Shown piece after piece: positions 48,426 to 58,412 of a stretch of DNA of 64,000 nt. The stretch lies in IMG/VR virus record IMGVR_UViG_3300036832_001426, one strand, 5' to 3'. The DNA is from an uncultured virus (IMG/VR IMGVR_UViG_3300036832_001426). Its lineage: Duplodnaviria; Heunggongvirae; Uroviricota; Caudoviricetes. The translations under genes and the position numbers were made by a program. Position 1 is the first letter of the stretch; the number at the start of each line of letters is the position of its first letter. Under the pieces are notes generated by a model, which saw only the letters and a list, made by a program, of their open reading frames with translations, was not told where the DNA came from and searched no databases.

Positions 48426-48679
48426 TTGTTCCCCAGAATTATGAGCGCGGCTGTGATCAGGGCTTTGCCCAGCACGGTCGTGTGAAAATGATTCCCGGTT
48501 TGCTCGATGATGAACCGCCGGGTAAGATCACCGATCTCATCACCTGTGATTTTATGGTTCGCGTGCACGTCGTTGAGACTTAGACCCTCTGCGGAGTTTT
48601 GAAGTAGTGTGGCTCCTAAGACGAACTGTTCGTGAGACAGGTGGAACGCAGCCAAGACTTGCTCAATTGCGTAGGGCAA
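48401..48679 (-). CDS. Low-GC hypothetical protein
   Basis: GAGGAG + TTG start; AT-richer patch at about 48420-48800. Confidence 0.4.
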   Translation of the reverse strand: MPYAIEQVLAAFHLSHEQFVLGATLLQNSAEGLSLNDVHANHKITGDEIGDLTRRFIIEQTGNHFHTTVLGKALITAALIILGNNYALPGLM

Positions 48680-48821
48680 AGCATTAGGCTCCTCATTGAT
48701 CTCTTGCTCTTTGTTTCAAGGGCGGAACAGTGGCGACGCGTATCGTACTGCTGTGTTTATGAGGGTAACACTAGCAACACTACTAGTGCTCAGTGAATAA
48801 ACTCCAGCTCTCCGGTCCTTC

Positions 48822-49109
48822 TCACTCAACGCCCTTGCCCGCGACGTAGCTGCTAAAGCTGCGCAGGAAGTCAGGCGTGTACTCGACTTCGAGAGGCTTT
48901 CCCGCTTCATTGAGGCGCTCAACCATCTCGAAGCCGCAGGGGTTGCACAGCATGAGAAGCTTGATGTCGGTCTCTTTGAGCCGGGCTATCGCGGTGGGTG
49001 ACACCTGTAGTTCCTTCTTGCAGATCGCGCACTGGTAGCCGCGCACGTAGCCGGACTTCAGCGGATCGCTGCCACGGCGGCAGACGATGAATCCGGTCGG
49101 CTTGTCACT
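48822..49109 (-). CDS. Zn-finger hypothetical protein
   Basis: CAIC...CNPC. Confidence 0.6.
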   Translation of the reverse strand, partial: SDKPTGFIVCRRGSDPLKSGYVRGYQCAICKKELQVSPTAIARLKETDIKLLMLCNPCGFEMVERLNEAGKPLEVEYTPDFLRSFSSYVAGKGVE

Positions 49110-49527
49110 CATTGGCTGCACTCGGTCCCTTCGCTACCACCAGTTCGCTGATCAGCATGACAGTGTCCTTCCGCTTGTCATAGCGAAAGAGCGTGGGGTT
49201 GTTGACCACCATCGTCTTGAGATTCGCCTGAAAGCGCTGCGGCTTCGCGGGATCTCCCAGCCGCACCCCTCTCGCCTGCAGCCCGCAGAGCAACTCCTCA
49301 AACGGCACCGGGCCATCATAGTCCGACAGATAGGCATGCGCTGCGCCTCGCATGCTCATGCCCTGCCAGCGGGGGAATCCATTCGCAGAGTTTTTGCATT
49401 GCTCGATGGCGCGCTCAACCTCGGCGATCTCGCGCTCGAACTTCGCCGTCAATTCCGCTTTGGCGTTTTCCAATGCTTGAATCGCGATAGACATGGGACC
49501 ACTCTGTGCTTGCGTTTTCTTTTTCAA
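49105..49527 (-). CDS. Coiled-coil + winged-helix-like protein, paralog B
   Basis: GAGGAG + TTG start; W.GM....A.HAYLS....PVPF..L...L...GV.LGDP.KPQR..AN.KT.V.NN...FRYDK.KDTV shared with paralog A. Confidence 0.7.
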   Translation of the reverse strand: MKKKTQAQSGPMSIAIQALENAKAELTAKFEREIAEVERAIEQCKNSANGFPRWQGMSMRGAAHAYLSDYDGPVPFEELLCGLQARGVRLGDPAKPQRFQANLKTMVVNNPTLFRYDKRKDTVMLISELVVAKGPSAANE

Positions 49528-52056
49528 TATTCTCCTCTGAGATGGTGCCTCGCAAATTCGTTGAGGTTGCGGAACACCGCAGGCCGCCGCTCCTCCAGCT
49601 GCGCAATCGTGATCATCTTGAAGGTGAGCGCGAGGCGCATCGCAATGTTCGGTCGGCGCATCCGCCACAGCACTTTCATCAGGCCCGCGCAGTGCGACTG
49701 GTTCGCGGGCTTCACCCGCCTGCCGCCCTTCGCTCCCGTGGTCTCATGGCAGGCGAACCAGAAGTGATCGTCGCTCATCTGGTCGCGGATCTCTCCGGCT
49801 CGGCGCAGGAACGGAGAGCAGTCGCGGCGGAAGGGACAGGCGTGGCACGGGCGCTTGATCTCGAATTTCAATGTTTGATGTACTCCTTGCTCACGTCACC
49901 ACCCGGCCTGTAGCGTCCTGAGTCCGGGTGTCGCATCCAGCGGTCCGGCTCCGGCGTCTCTGTCGGCTCCCATTTGAGGAAAGCTGCGACCGCAGCTTCA
50001 GGGGTGTCATATCACCAGCCATCGTCGACCACCTCGTACATCCATGGACTCTTCAACGACAGCGTAATCCGGGCGCGCCCGAAGGTCAGCGGCACCACCA
50101 TCACCAGACTGCCATCCTTTGCGAACTTGTGCGGGAAGTCCTTCAGCCAATCGGGTTCGTTCAATTTCGTTCCGCCTTCAGTTGATCGACGATGCGACGA
50201 GAGGCGCGGTTCGCGGTCTCGATCTTGCTCAGCTCGACTGCCGCTTCCTCCATCGTCTTGTATTTCGTTTTCGCTGGCTCGTAGTGCCACTCCCGGCTGT
50301 GGCAGATGCCGCACCACGGGTCGATTACTTCCTTGCGGACCCACTCTTCGATGCTGCTCTGAAAGGTCGCCATGGCGACGTCGTGCGGCAACTCTTCCGG
50401 GTCGTAGCTGACGGCCATGATGGCGTGACGCTGGGGGCACAGGCACTGGATGATGTAGATCATGGCTTCGTCCTCTCGAAGGCCGCGACCGCAGCATCCG
50501 CAGCTTGTCGCGCCGTCAGCCCTTCAGGATCGCCACAGGTCGCGCCCGGCACGTAGCAGCTGCAGCGCTTCTCGATGTGCGCGACCGAGCCGAAGATGCC
50601 GCGCAGGAAACAGGCGCGGTGTTCATAGACGCGGGTGGCGCTGAGGTTCCCGATATGAAACATGCTGAAGCCAGCCTCATTCTTCGCGATTGGCTCCTCG
50701 CAATGAAAACAGATTACATCCGCAGGTAAGTCGATCCGCCCTAGGTCGGGATGCGTAAACCCGAAGACTTTCACTAAACCGTCGTCGATCACAGCGGCTT
50801 CACCTCCACGGGTTCGTTCTCGATCAGGTCGCGGTAGCCGTCGCCATTGTCGAGCACGGGCATCATGCCCACGAAGCCGCCCAGCATGGCATCGAAGCCC
50901 AGCATGAGACTCTTCAGATTGTCCGAGGCCATAATCACCCGGCCTTCGACCTCGCGGCCCTTGTAGATGATCAGAACGTGCGATCCTTTATGAAGCTTCG
51001 CTGTCATGCATCCCCCTGACAAAGCGGTCAGTCATTGCCACCACCTCGGAATCATTTCCATCTTCATCTGCTGCTGCTCCTCTTCGCCGAAGATCAGCTT
51101 TCCGTTCTCCCAGCGATACATGCAGACAATGCCCGCATCCTTCAGCTTCGGCCCCATGCCGCAGACCATGATAATGTCGCGGCGCAATTCAGCCGGAAGA
51201 TCGGCGTAGCGCCGGGAGCCGAGATTCTTTTCCATCCACTTCATACACCGTTCGTGGAAGTAGTCGAACTGCTGCAGGGTCTCAGGCGGATTGAGGTGCA
51301 TCGCCTTTGCCAGCTGATCGGAGTTTGCCCCTGTGCCCACCATCCGCAGGATCACTGCCTGCGCGAGCATCGTCTTGCAGGTTTCGCTCAGGGCATGCAC
51401 CACGTGATACTTTCCCATGCTGCCCTTGAATGGGATGCGCACGTTCGGAGCTTCTTCTCCGCGTGAGCCGAACACCGTGGCCGTCGTCATAAACTTGCTG
51501 CTGTCGGTCGACTCCTCCGGGCCACAGGCTTCCAGCTCCTGCTTTGCCACCTGCAGGTAGTGGCGGCAGCGCTCCTCCAGAACTTCCTGCGTGATCACCC
51601 GCTGGACGCCGTGCTTGACGGTCATCTCGGCGATGAGGTCGCTGAGCTGATCGATTTCTTTCACTGCTTTTTCTCCCAGCCGCTGAGCGCGAACATGCGT
51701 TCCAGTTCCTGCAGGTCTTTGTCGGATTGCTTCACCAGCTCCACCGCTTTCATGTGCCCGATGATGGCCTCGTCGCGTGTGCAGTAACGCTGGATGTACT
51801 GATCGACGGCGGAGTCCGGCATATCGTGGAAGATCATCGTTTCCCAGAGCACTGGAGGACCGTCGTCATAGTAGTTGTGATCGAGGGCGAGGAAGACGGT
51901 CGAGATGAAGACGCTGCCGACGAGATCCTGCTGCAGGATGCGATTGTCTTTGCCTTTGGATTTGTGGGAGCGCTCGAACCATTCCGCCCACTCACGCCCA
52001 CTATGTGCGAGCCGGGGGTTGCCGTCGTCGTCAAGAATGTACTGTCCAAAAGCCAC
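49524..52056 (-). other. Cluster of leftward hypothetical ORFs (49524-49871 Cys-rich, 50161-50463, 50460-50792, 50789-51007, 51032-51664, 51661-52056)
   Basis: Tandem overlaps; PC..CPFR..FACH..CAG and ISTVFLALDH..PVLWETMIF motifs typical of phage accessory genes. Confidence 0.65.
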
Positions 52057-52105
52057 TGTGCTGCCTGAGGAACGAATTCCGGGGAGTTTACCACAAAGAT
52101 GGGTA

Positions 52106-52229
52106 TCGACAGACTCGCCCCGGCGCGGGATAATAGTTTCGCACAACACTGGGAAGCAGGATTCACCGTTCTCTTCTCAATGCTGGTGCTCCTTGGGGCC
52201 GCGCTTGCTACGCGGCCCTCTTAATTTTT
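52106..52229 (+). ncRNA. Candidate sRNA of about 90 nt (promoter + terminator, no convincing ORF)
   Basis: TCGACA-N17-GATAAT (52106-52134); hairpin GGGCCGCG/CGCGGCCC + T-rich tail (52195-52229). Confidence 0.5.
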
Positions 52230-52270
52230 CTGCTACACTCTTCCTGTGTTTCACCCGAAGAACACATCAT

Positions 52271-52345
52271 GGCTCGGTAGCTCATCGGTAGAGCGCTGCC
52301 CTGAAAAGGCAGGCGTAGGTGGTTCAATTCCGCCCCGAGCCACCA
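52271..52345 (+). tRNA. tRNA-Phe (GAA) with encoded CCA
   Basis: Full cloverleaf: GGCTCGG/CCGAGCC acceptor, GCTC/GAGC D stem, CTGCC-CTGAAAA-GGCAG anticodon arm, GGTGG-TTCAATT-CCGCC T arm, ACCA end. Confidence 0.92.
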
Positions 52346-52354
52346 CCAATTTAT

Positions 52355-52557
52355 TATTCATGGGATATTCATGGGATACGACATTCATGTCCTCCGTGTC
52401 CCCCATGTCCCTGCTGGTTTCCCGCCAAAAACGCAGTTTTCTTGAAAACGCTGGACTTATCTAGGCTTCCAATTAGACGGAGTTGGTACGTGGTGCCCTC
52501 ACTTTTTCGCGGCTTTTGTCGGTAATTTCTTGCATTATTCATGGGATATGCATAGGA
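52355..52557. repeat. attP-like region: two tandem pairs of 11-bp arm-type repeats
   Basis: TATTCATGGGA at 52355, 52366 and 52536; TATGCATAGGA at 52547; directly upstream of the integrase. Confidence 0.65.
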
Positions 52558-52596
52558 TGGTCTGGCAGGCCCGGCCTGCAAAGGAGCCCAGCAGCC

Positions 52597-54120
52597 ATGC
52601 CCAAGAAAGTCGTCATCGAAGATCTCAAGCTTTCGGTTGACCGTCCCTCGGTCGACGCCATCCGCTACAACTGCAAATGCAACGCGAAGTCCATCGAGAA
52701 ATGCACCTGCAACAAATACTTTTACATCACAGGCGATCTGCTGAAGGGCGAACAGTACCGCGTCTCCAGCGGTCTGGTCGACATCAAGCTCGCCCGCGAA
52801 GCGGCCACCGAGTGGCAGCGCAAACTGAAACGCGAAGAGCGCGAACTCGCGAAGCGCCACGCCAAGACCATCACCGGGGCCATCACCATCGAACAGCTGT
52901 TCCTGCTCTACGAGACGGCGCAGGAAAGCGGGCAGGATCAGGACGAGATCGCGCTCAAGGGCGCGGCTCCTTCGGTCGGCAAAATCAAAACTCTGCGCCG
53001 CCTGCTGTGTGGCCACGAAGATCCCAAGCAGCGCGAGCTGCACGAAAAAAAATACGGCAAGCCGTTTCTTGAAGTGTTCAACGCGTTGCCCCGCGAGCAG
53101 CGTCTCATCGGAGCCAACCAGACCATCGCCAAGATCGCGCTCGCCGACGACATCACCAGCTACTGGATGGCGCACATCTTCAAGCCAACATGGTTCGCCC
53201 GTGAGAACGGAGGCTCGCTGCACTCCATCCGCAAACGCAAGGAGCAGCTGCAGGCGGTCTGGCACCACGCGCACAAGCTGGGAGAACTCGACGGCATGGG
53301 CGGCGGCAAGATGTGCAACTGCCCACCCTGCTCCATCGTGATTCCGAAAAAAATGACGAAGACCATGAAGCCCACTCCGCCCGTGGACATTTGGCGATAC
53401 CAAACCGCACTGGAGACCTGCGGTCGCTATCAGCAATCGCTCCGCGATCTCAATGCCGAACAACTGCGCTGTGATAACCTCCGCATGTTTTGCTTCTTGG
53501 CGATCATGATGAACTGCGGCTCGCGCCGCTCCGATACTTCGCTGATGCGGCGCAGTGCTCTCAAGGTCAACCGCGCCGGAGAAGTGACATGGGTATATGT
53601 GCCGCTCAAGAACGGCGACGAGAACAACCCGCTCAAGGTGCCCTTCCCGCGCTGGCTCTACGACGTGCTGATGTCGCTTCCGGCGCAGCCCCAGTTTTTT
53701 CACCCGAATTACTTTTTCTGTTCCGGGCCGAAAGACGATCCGCGCTCGGTCGATGGCGGAGTGCTGCTGCGCAACGCCGCTGACCCATGGTCGCGGGCCA
53801 TCAAGCGCCTCGTCCAGCTGATGCCCGAAGAAGCCCGCACGGTCGACGATGGCCGCAACAAAACCAAGACCATCACGCCCCACATGTTTCGCGACGGCTT
53901 CTGCGTCGAGTGCTACGTGCAGGGCATGACGGATCGCCAGATCGCCGATGCAGTCGACGACGACGAAGACACCATTCGCCGCTCCTATTCGCCCTATCAT
54001 GATCGTCAACGCGTGCGCGACAGCGTGGCTTCGATGGAAGAAGGCGTGCGCTACGTGCAGGCGGCGCTGGCCGGGCTGAACGCCGACCGCATGATGCGCG
54101 AGGCCGGGATCGTCTGGTAG
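52597..54120 (+). CDS. int: Tyrosine integrase
   Basis: NCGSRRSD (R), VPLKN (K), PHMFRDGF (HxxR), TIRRSY (Y); AAGGAG RBS. Confidence 0.88.
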   Translation: MPKKVVIEDLKLSVDRPSVDAIRYNCKCNAKSIEKCTCNKYFYITGDLLKGEQYRVSSGLVDIKLAREAATEWQRKLKREERELAKRHAKTITGAITIEQLFLLYETAQESGQDQDEIALKGAAPSVGKIKTLRRLLCGHEDPKQRELHEKKYGKPFLEVFNALPREQRLIGANQTIAKIALADDITSYWMAHIFKPTWFARENGGSLHSIRKRKEQLQAVWHHAHKLGELDGMGGGKMCNCPPCSIVIPKKMTKTMKPTPPVDIWRYQTALETCGRYQQSLRDLNAEQLRCDNLRMFCFLAIMMNCGSRRSDTSLMRRSALKVNRAGEVTWVYVPLKNGDENNPLKVPFPRWLYDVLMSLPAQPQFFHPNYFFCSGPKDDPRSVDGGVLLRNAADPWSRAIKRLVQLMPEEARTVDDGRNKTKTITPHMFRDGFCVECYVQGMTDRQIADAVDDDEDTIRRSYSPYHDRQRVRDSVASMEEGVRYVQAALAGLNADRMMREAGIVW

Positions 54121-54321
54121 TTATCGGTTGTAGAGTTCGTCGAGATGTTCTTCGAGAAGGGACATGGGGATGCGCAACACGCGCCTCCCCTTTTTCTTGA
54201 AGCGCCCGTCCTTGAAGGTGATGTAGCGCTCGGTCAGTCGGACAATCCAGCGCCGTGCGGTTCGGGTGCTCACACTGCACCTCGCCGCGATCCATTGGGC
54301 ATCGACGTCGATGTCCGTCAT
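54121..54321 (-). CDS. xis: Excisionase-like HTH protein
   Basis: AQWIAARCSVSTRTARRWI..VLRIP; convergent with int. Confidence 0.65.
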   Translation of the reverse strand: MTDIDVDAQWIAARCSVSTRTARRWIVRLTERYITFKDGRFKKKGRRVLRIPMSLLEEHLDELYNR

Positions 54322-54356
54322 CGGCGGCCTCTCCGGTTTCTGTGCGCGAACGCCCA

Positions 54357-54707
54357 TCAGGCCGCCTTCCTAATCCGCGAGCGCCAGCGTGGTGAGGGGC
54401 AGCCGTGCGCAAGCGGGTTATGCGCGTGATCGGAACTTTTCTCGATCAGTCCACGCTTCGCTGCTGCAACCAGCAATGGGCCCAATGCCCGGTCGGTCGG
54501 GGTTTCTGTTCCGAGACGGCGCAGCTCCACTGTGATCTCCCAGCCAAAGAATGAATCCCGTTCGCGTGCGAAGGTCTCGATCATGTGGGTGGCTTCGCTC
54601 TTCCAGTCAAGAGCGGCATGCGCGTCGGCCCTTTCCATGCCGTCTGCGCGTTCCGCCCGCCAGTCAGGAAGATCATCCTCCCCGAATAATTTGCGCTGCT
54701 GCGTCAT
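54357..54707 (-). CDS. Hypothetical wHTH-like protein
   Basis: RALGPL..AAKRGLI..H..P.PRWRS. Confidence 0.65.
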   Translation of the reverse strand: MTQQRKLFGEDDLPDWRAERADGMERADAHAALDWKSEATHMIETFARERDSFFGWEITVELRRLGTETPTDRALGPLLVAAAKRGLIEKSSDHAHNPLAHGCPSPRWRSRIRKAA

Positions 54708-54888
54708 TTCTCAGAGCACCACTCCTCTCATGTGCGGCGGGTAGCGGCCTTCGGCGGTCTCATGCTGCGTGACCCCACTGCTTCGCGGTTCCGTGCCGGA
54801 AGCGGTAGCAGCCGCGCCGGGGACGGATGTAAAAGCGATGGGGTCACGCAGAGCGAGAAACCACGCCTCGATAGCTTCAATCGTTCTT

Positions 54889-55467
54889 TCAGCCGGATGG
54901 TTCATTGCTTCCTCCATCGAATAGTGGCATTTCGAGTTCGTCTGCTGGAGCGGGGACTGTTTCCGCGAGGGGTTTGGGTTCGCCCCATTTTTGCCGCGTG
55001 CCCCGGTTCGCGCATTTTTTTAGCTCGGGATGCGCTTCCAGATGTTGTCGAAAAGGGCCGTCATCGATTTCACCTTTCAGGGAATTGTGAAAAGCACAGC
55101 ATGGCTGAATGTTCTCCAGTGTGTAGCCCTGATGAGAATTCTTGCGATCTATCCCGACGCGGATGCCTTCTTTGCGCGTGCCCCCGCCATAGACGCAGGG
55201 GCTGTTGATGACCTCCTCGTAGCGCCCACGCGCAAGCGGCGGCGAGCTGATGCGTGCTGCGGCATTGCGGTGAACCGCGTAATTTCCATTGACCCCGAGA
55301 TACTCCCGCGTTCTGTTGGCCTCGCACTCCTTGCAGCTCGTCTGGAGCTTATCCGCCGTGCCCTTTTTGCTGGCGAAGTTCGCAACCGGGAGATAGCGCC
55401 TGCAGTGGAAGCACCTCTTCTCGCCCTTGTCGTTGTAACGCAGCCACGCGGTTGCTCTCCTGTTCAT
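54889..55467 (-). CDS. HNH endonuclease with N-terminal Zn finger
   Basis: KRCFHC..CKEC; GIDRKNSHQGYTLENIQPCCAFHNSLKG. Confidence 0.8.
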   Translation of the reverse strand: MNRRATAWLRYNDKGEKRCFHCRRYLPVANFASKKGTADKLQTSCKECEANRTREYLGVNGNYAVHRNAAARISSPPLARGRYEEVINSPCVYGGGTRKEGIRVGIDRKNSHQGYTLENIQPCCAFHNSLKGEIDDGPFRQHLEAHPELKKCANRGTRQKWGEPKPLAETVPAPADELEMPLFDGGSNEPSG

Positions 55468-56189
55468 GCCACGATGTCCGCCGTACCTTCCAGTTCCTTC
55501 TCGAAGTACTCTTTGATGTTCTTGATGGCTTCCATCTTCCACGCTCCGCCATCCGCTTCGAACAGCGCGCAGCTGGGCATCTGGCCGGAGCGCGAGCGCA
55601 GCCGCAGGATGAAATCGCTTGAGGGCTGCGCGACCTCATGGAACGTGCGGAAGGGCGCGAGGCTCACACGCGGCGAGACTTTTTCTTCGGTTTTTGAAAC
55701 CATTCCTTGCTTTGTGACAACCTGCTGCGAATAGCCGTCGTCGTTCGAGATGGTGACCGCTTCGGCGGCAAGCCCGCTCACCAGCTTCACCACGCGCCCG
55801 TGGTTCACGCCGTAGGCCGCATCGTCGAACAGCGTCATGAGACCTATGACAAATTCGTCGGGGTCCATCCAAGTGCCAAAGCGGAAGCGCGGCGCATCGT
55901 TGGGAATCTGCGCGTGCACCAGCGCCGGGCGGCGGTTCCACTCGTCCGGCTCGCGAGCCGTCAGCCAGACCGAGGAGTAATCCTGAATATGAATGAAGGC
56001 TGGTTCGGTTTCCTTGTTGTGCAGCTTGTACAGATCGCGGAACCCGGCGAGTGTCTGCACCGTGATGGGTGTGATCAGCGGAGTCTTGATCTCGACCAGC
56101 TGCTTATCGGAATAGACGCGGCCATCTTCCTCGACTCGCACCGATGGTTCAGCGAGCGAAACGATTTTTTCAACGAATTCTTTCAACAT
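55464..56189 (-). CDS. Conserved phage protein (LAPFRTF.EV.QP.S.F..LFEADGGAW)
   Basis: GGAGG RBS; recognisable motif set. Confidence 0.8.
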   Translation of the reverse strand: MLKEFVEKIVSLAEPSVRVEEDGRVYSDKQLVEIKTPLITPITVQTLAGFRDLYKLHNKETEPAFIHIQDYSSVWLTAREPDEWNRRPALVHAQIPNDAPRFRFGTWMDPDEFVIGLMTLFDDAAYGVNHGRVVKLVSGLAAEAVTISNDDGYSQQVVTKQGMVSKTEEKVSPRVSLAPFRTFHEVAQPSSDFILRLRSRSGQMPSCALFEADGGAWKMEAIKNIKEYFEKELEGTADIVA

Positions 56190-56290
56190 GCCATCCTCCT
56201 GTGCTGCGGCTGCCCCCAGACTGCGGGGCATCAGTCCGACGCTCTGGTTGAGCTGCTCGAATACTTGTCGTGGCGGTCCCATGGCTTCAC

Positions 56291-57481
56291 CTACTGCACG
56301 TAAATTGGTTTCAGGCCGAGGTGTACCTTCTGGTCTGCAATCGGCGTTGTGGTCCCGGTGATGTCGGTCTGCTTGGTGAATTTGGTTTGCCCCAGCGCGT
56401 ACTCTTTGGTCGAGCAGCAACTGGAAGTGCATGACTGCGAGCTGTCCCAGAGCACCATGCCATTGCCCACCAGCATGCGGTAGACGGTGCCCTCGACGCG
56501 CACCTTCGAGGTCGACTTTTCCTGCAGCCAGCCCGTGATGGTGTTCCACGCTGTGCCCGCAAGATTGGCCTGCAGGCCGAGGTTGTCGTTCGCGTCCCAA
56601 AAATAAATGTACTGTCGCTCCAGTGGAACGCTTGCCCGCAGCATCAGTTCACGCGCAGCGAAAGAGGCGAGCGTGTCCGGGTCGGTGATAGCGTCGCCCG
56701 TGGTGATGCCGTGCTCGTCATCCCAGATCGCCGCGTCGATCTTGTCCCGCGCCAGCTCGTCGACCACCATCTGCCACACCGCGAGGAAATTTTCCGGCGG
56801 GTAGTTGGGCTTGGAGCGCATGTGGACGTTGACGATGTCGAACATCTGGTGCCACGGGTGCGCCTCCACCAAAGGCCGGAAGTGAGAACTCATGGAGACG
56901 CCATGGAACGACGGCGAGAGAATCACGGCGGCGGGGTCAATCGAGCGAATGATGGTCGCCGCTTCCTTCGCGTAGTCCGCCATCTGCTGGATGGTCCCCG
57001 TCCAGAAACATTTGCAGTCGGGTTCGTTCCACGTCTCATAGAAGGCGACGCGGCCCTTGTAGCGCGTCACCAACGCCGTCACGAATGCTTTGTAGTCTTC
57101 GAGCTTCGGGATGGAGCAGGCGTTGGGAAACGTGCTATTCAGGCACTGTGGCGGCGGAGCCGGATCAATCGCCGCCCATGTTGGAGTGCCGCCGAAGGTG
57201 TAGAGCACATCCTGCTGTTGCGCTTCCGCCTTCGAGATCCAGTCGTCCATCTTCGACCAGTCGTAAACGTCGCGTGAGGCCTGAATGTGCATCCACTTCA
57301 CGCCGTCATCCCACAGCCGGATCCCTCTGCCGACCGCGAGCTTGCTGTTGCCGTCGATGCCGGGGATGGTCGAGAGCTTGTTATAGGTGAGGCTGAAGAA
57401 CTTCAGGTTGACAGAAGTTTGCTGCGCGGAACAGAGCGTGCAGCACAGGGTGAGTAGCAGGGTGGCCCCAAGTCTTTTCAT
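56291..57481 (-). CDS. Secreted clan GH-A glycoside hydrolase (GH39/GH5-like)
   Basis: Signal peptide; IRLWD..W..I; YETWNEPD (acid/base); NVH; IWDDEHG (nucleophile). Confidence 0.82.
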   Translation of the reverse strand: MKRLGATLLLTLCCTLCSAQQTSVNLKFFSLTYNKLSTIPGIDGNSKLAVGRGIRLWDDGVKWMHIQASRDVYDWSKMDDWISKAEAQQQDVLYTFGGTPTWAAIDPAPPPQCLNSTFPNACSIPKLEDYKAFVTALVTRYKGRVAFYETWNEPDCKCFWTGTIQQMADYAKEAATIIRSIDPAAVILSPSFHGVSMSSHFRPLVEAHPWHQMFDIVNVHMRSKPNYPPENFLAVWQMVVDELARDKIDAAIWDDEHGITTGDAITDPDTLASFAARELMLRASVPLERQYIYFWDANDNLGLQANLAGTAWNTITGWLQEKSTSKVRVEGTVYRMLVGNGMVLWDSSQSCTSSCCSTKEYALGQTKFTKQTDITGTTTPIADQKVHLGLKPIYVQ

Positions 57482-57804
57482 TTACGCTTCCTCCTCATCG
57501 AAAGTTTGCTTCTCAGTCGCTTCTTGCCCAGAAAATCTCTGATCACCTGCGCCGCCGCCGTGCGCGAGGTTTGATCGCACGGCATCTTCGGATAGCGCAG
57601 CACGTCGACCGCGAGCAACAGCGCGGCGTGCAGCCCGGAACGTTTTACTGCGCCTTTAGGCCGCATCGCTCGCATACTCCATTCACGAAGAGATGATTCC
57701 TCCACGCGTGCAAGCCGACCGAACATGTGTTGTCGGCCCAAAGCACTTCATCTGACTCCAGCACCTCGTCGTACCCTGCGAATTCTGCATCGAGCGATTC
57801 GTCG

Positions 57805-58173
57805 CTACGATCCTGCCGCCTCGGTTTTGCCATCGGGGACTGACTCCTCTTCGCCCGTGAACAGCAGCTCCTGCCGCAGATCGCGTGAGAAGGCGAGGTA
57901 CTTGCCGTCCTTCTTCGCGATATGAATCGTGCAGGTCAGGGCAGAAGTGTCGAGATCACCCAACGAGGTGTTGCAGCGACTGACTTCAGCCGTTGCCCCG
58001 GAGCGATCTGGGTAGGGTGTGAAGGTAAATTCCATCGTGATCTTCCGCACCTTCTTCACTGATGTCGTTGGATCCTGAATATTGGCAAGGATCTTTTCGA
58101 AGGCGAGAGCGAAAGCTTCCACCGCCCCGCCTTTGCAGATTGTGAGCAAGCCCTGTTCCTGTGCTTCCATCAT
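57805..58173 (-). CDS. Conserved phage protein (often labelled 'replication terminator protein'; function unproven)
   Basis: GGAVE.F....EKILANIQDP.T..KKVRKIT. Confidence 0.7.
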   Translation of the reverse strand: MMEAQEQGLLTICKGGAVEAFALAFEKILANIQDPTTSVKKVRKITMEFTFTPYPDRSGATAEVSRCNTSLGDLDTSALTCTIHIAKKDGKYLAFSRDLRQELLFTGEEESVPDGKTEAAGS

Positions 58174-58412
58174 TGATTCCTGCATCTCCTGTGCTGGTGC
58201 TGCTGCATGGCATAGACGCCATTCGCCAGCGCACCCAGCACGGCCATGAATTTGATCCCGTTGCCCTTTTCGCTCTGATTGAGCATGTTGACTACGTTCT
58301 TCATCAGCTCGGTGCTCTCTTCCATCTCCTGCTCGGTCATGGTCTCTTTGCAGCCATGCGCGATCTCATGCGCCTGCTGGAGCATTTTGATAACTTCACA
58401 GTGTGCCGTCAC
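58170..58412 (-). CDS. Hypothetical protein
   Basis: Operon context. Confidence 0.5.
   Translation of the reverse strand: MTAHCEVIKMLQQAHEIAHGCKETMTEQEMEESTELMKNVVNMLNQSEKGNGIKFMAVLGALANGVYAMQQHQHRRCRNQ

Noticed and set aside
52483..52596. Longer integrase start
   Set aside because: It runs through the arm repeats; the RBS supports ATG 52597
52369..54009. 546-aa antisense ORF (and similar long antisense ORFs at 6594, 10449, 21427, 29179 and 34205)
   Set aside because: These are shadow frames of GC-rich genes with no motifs
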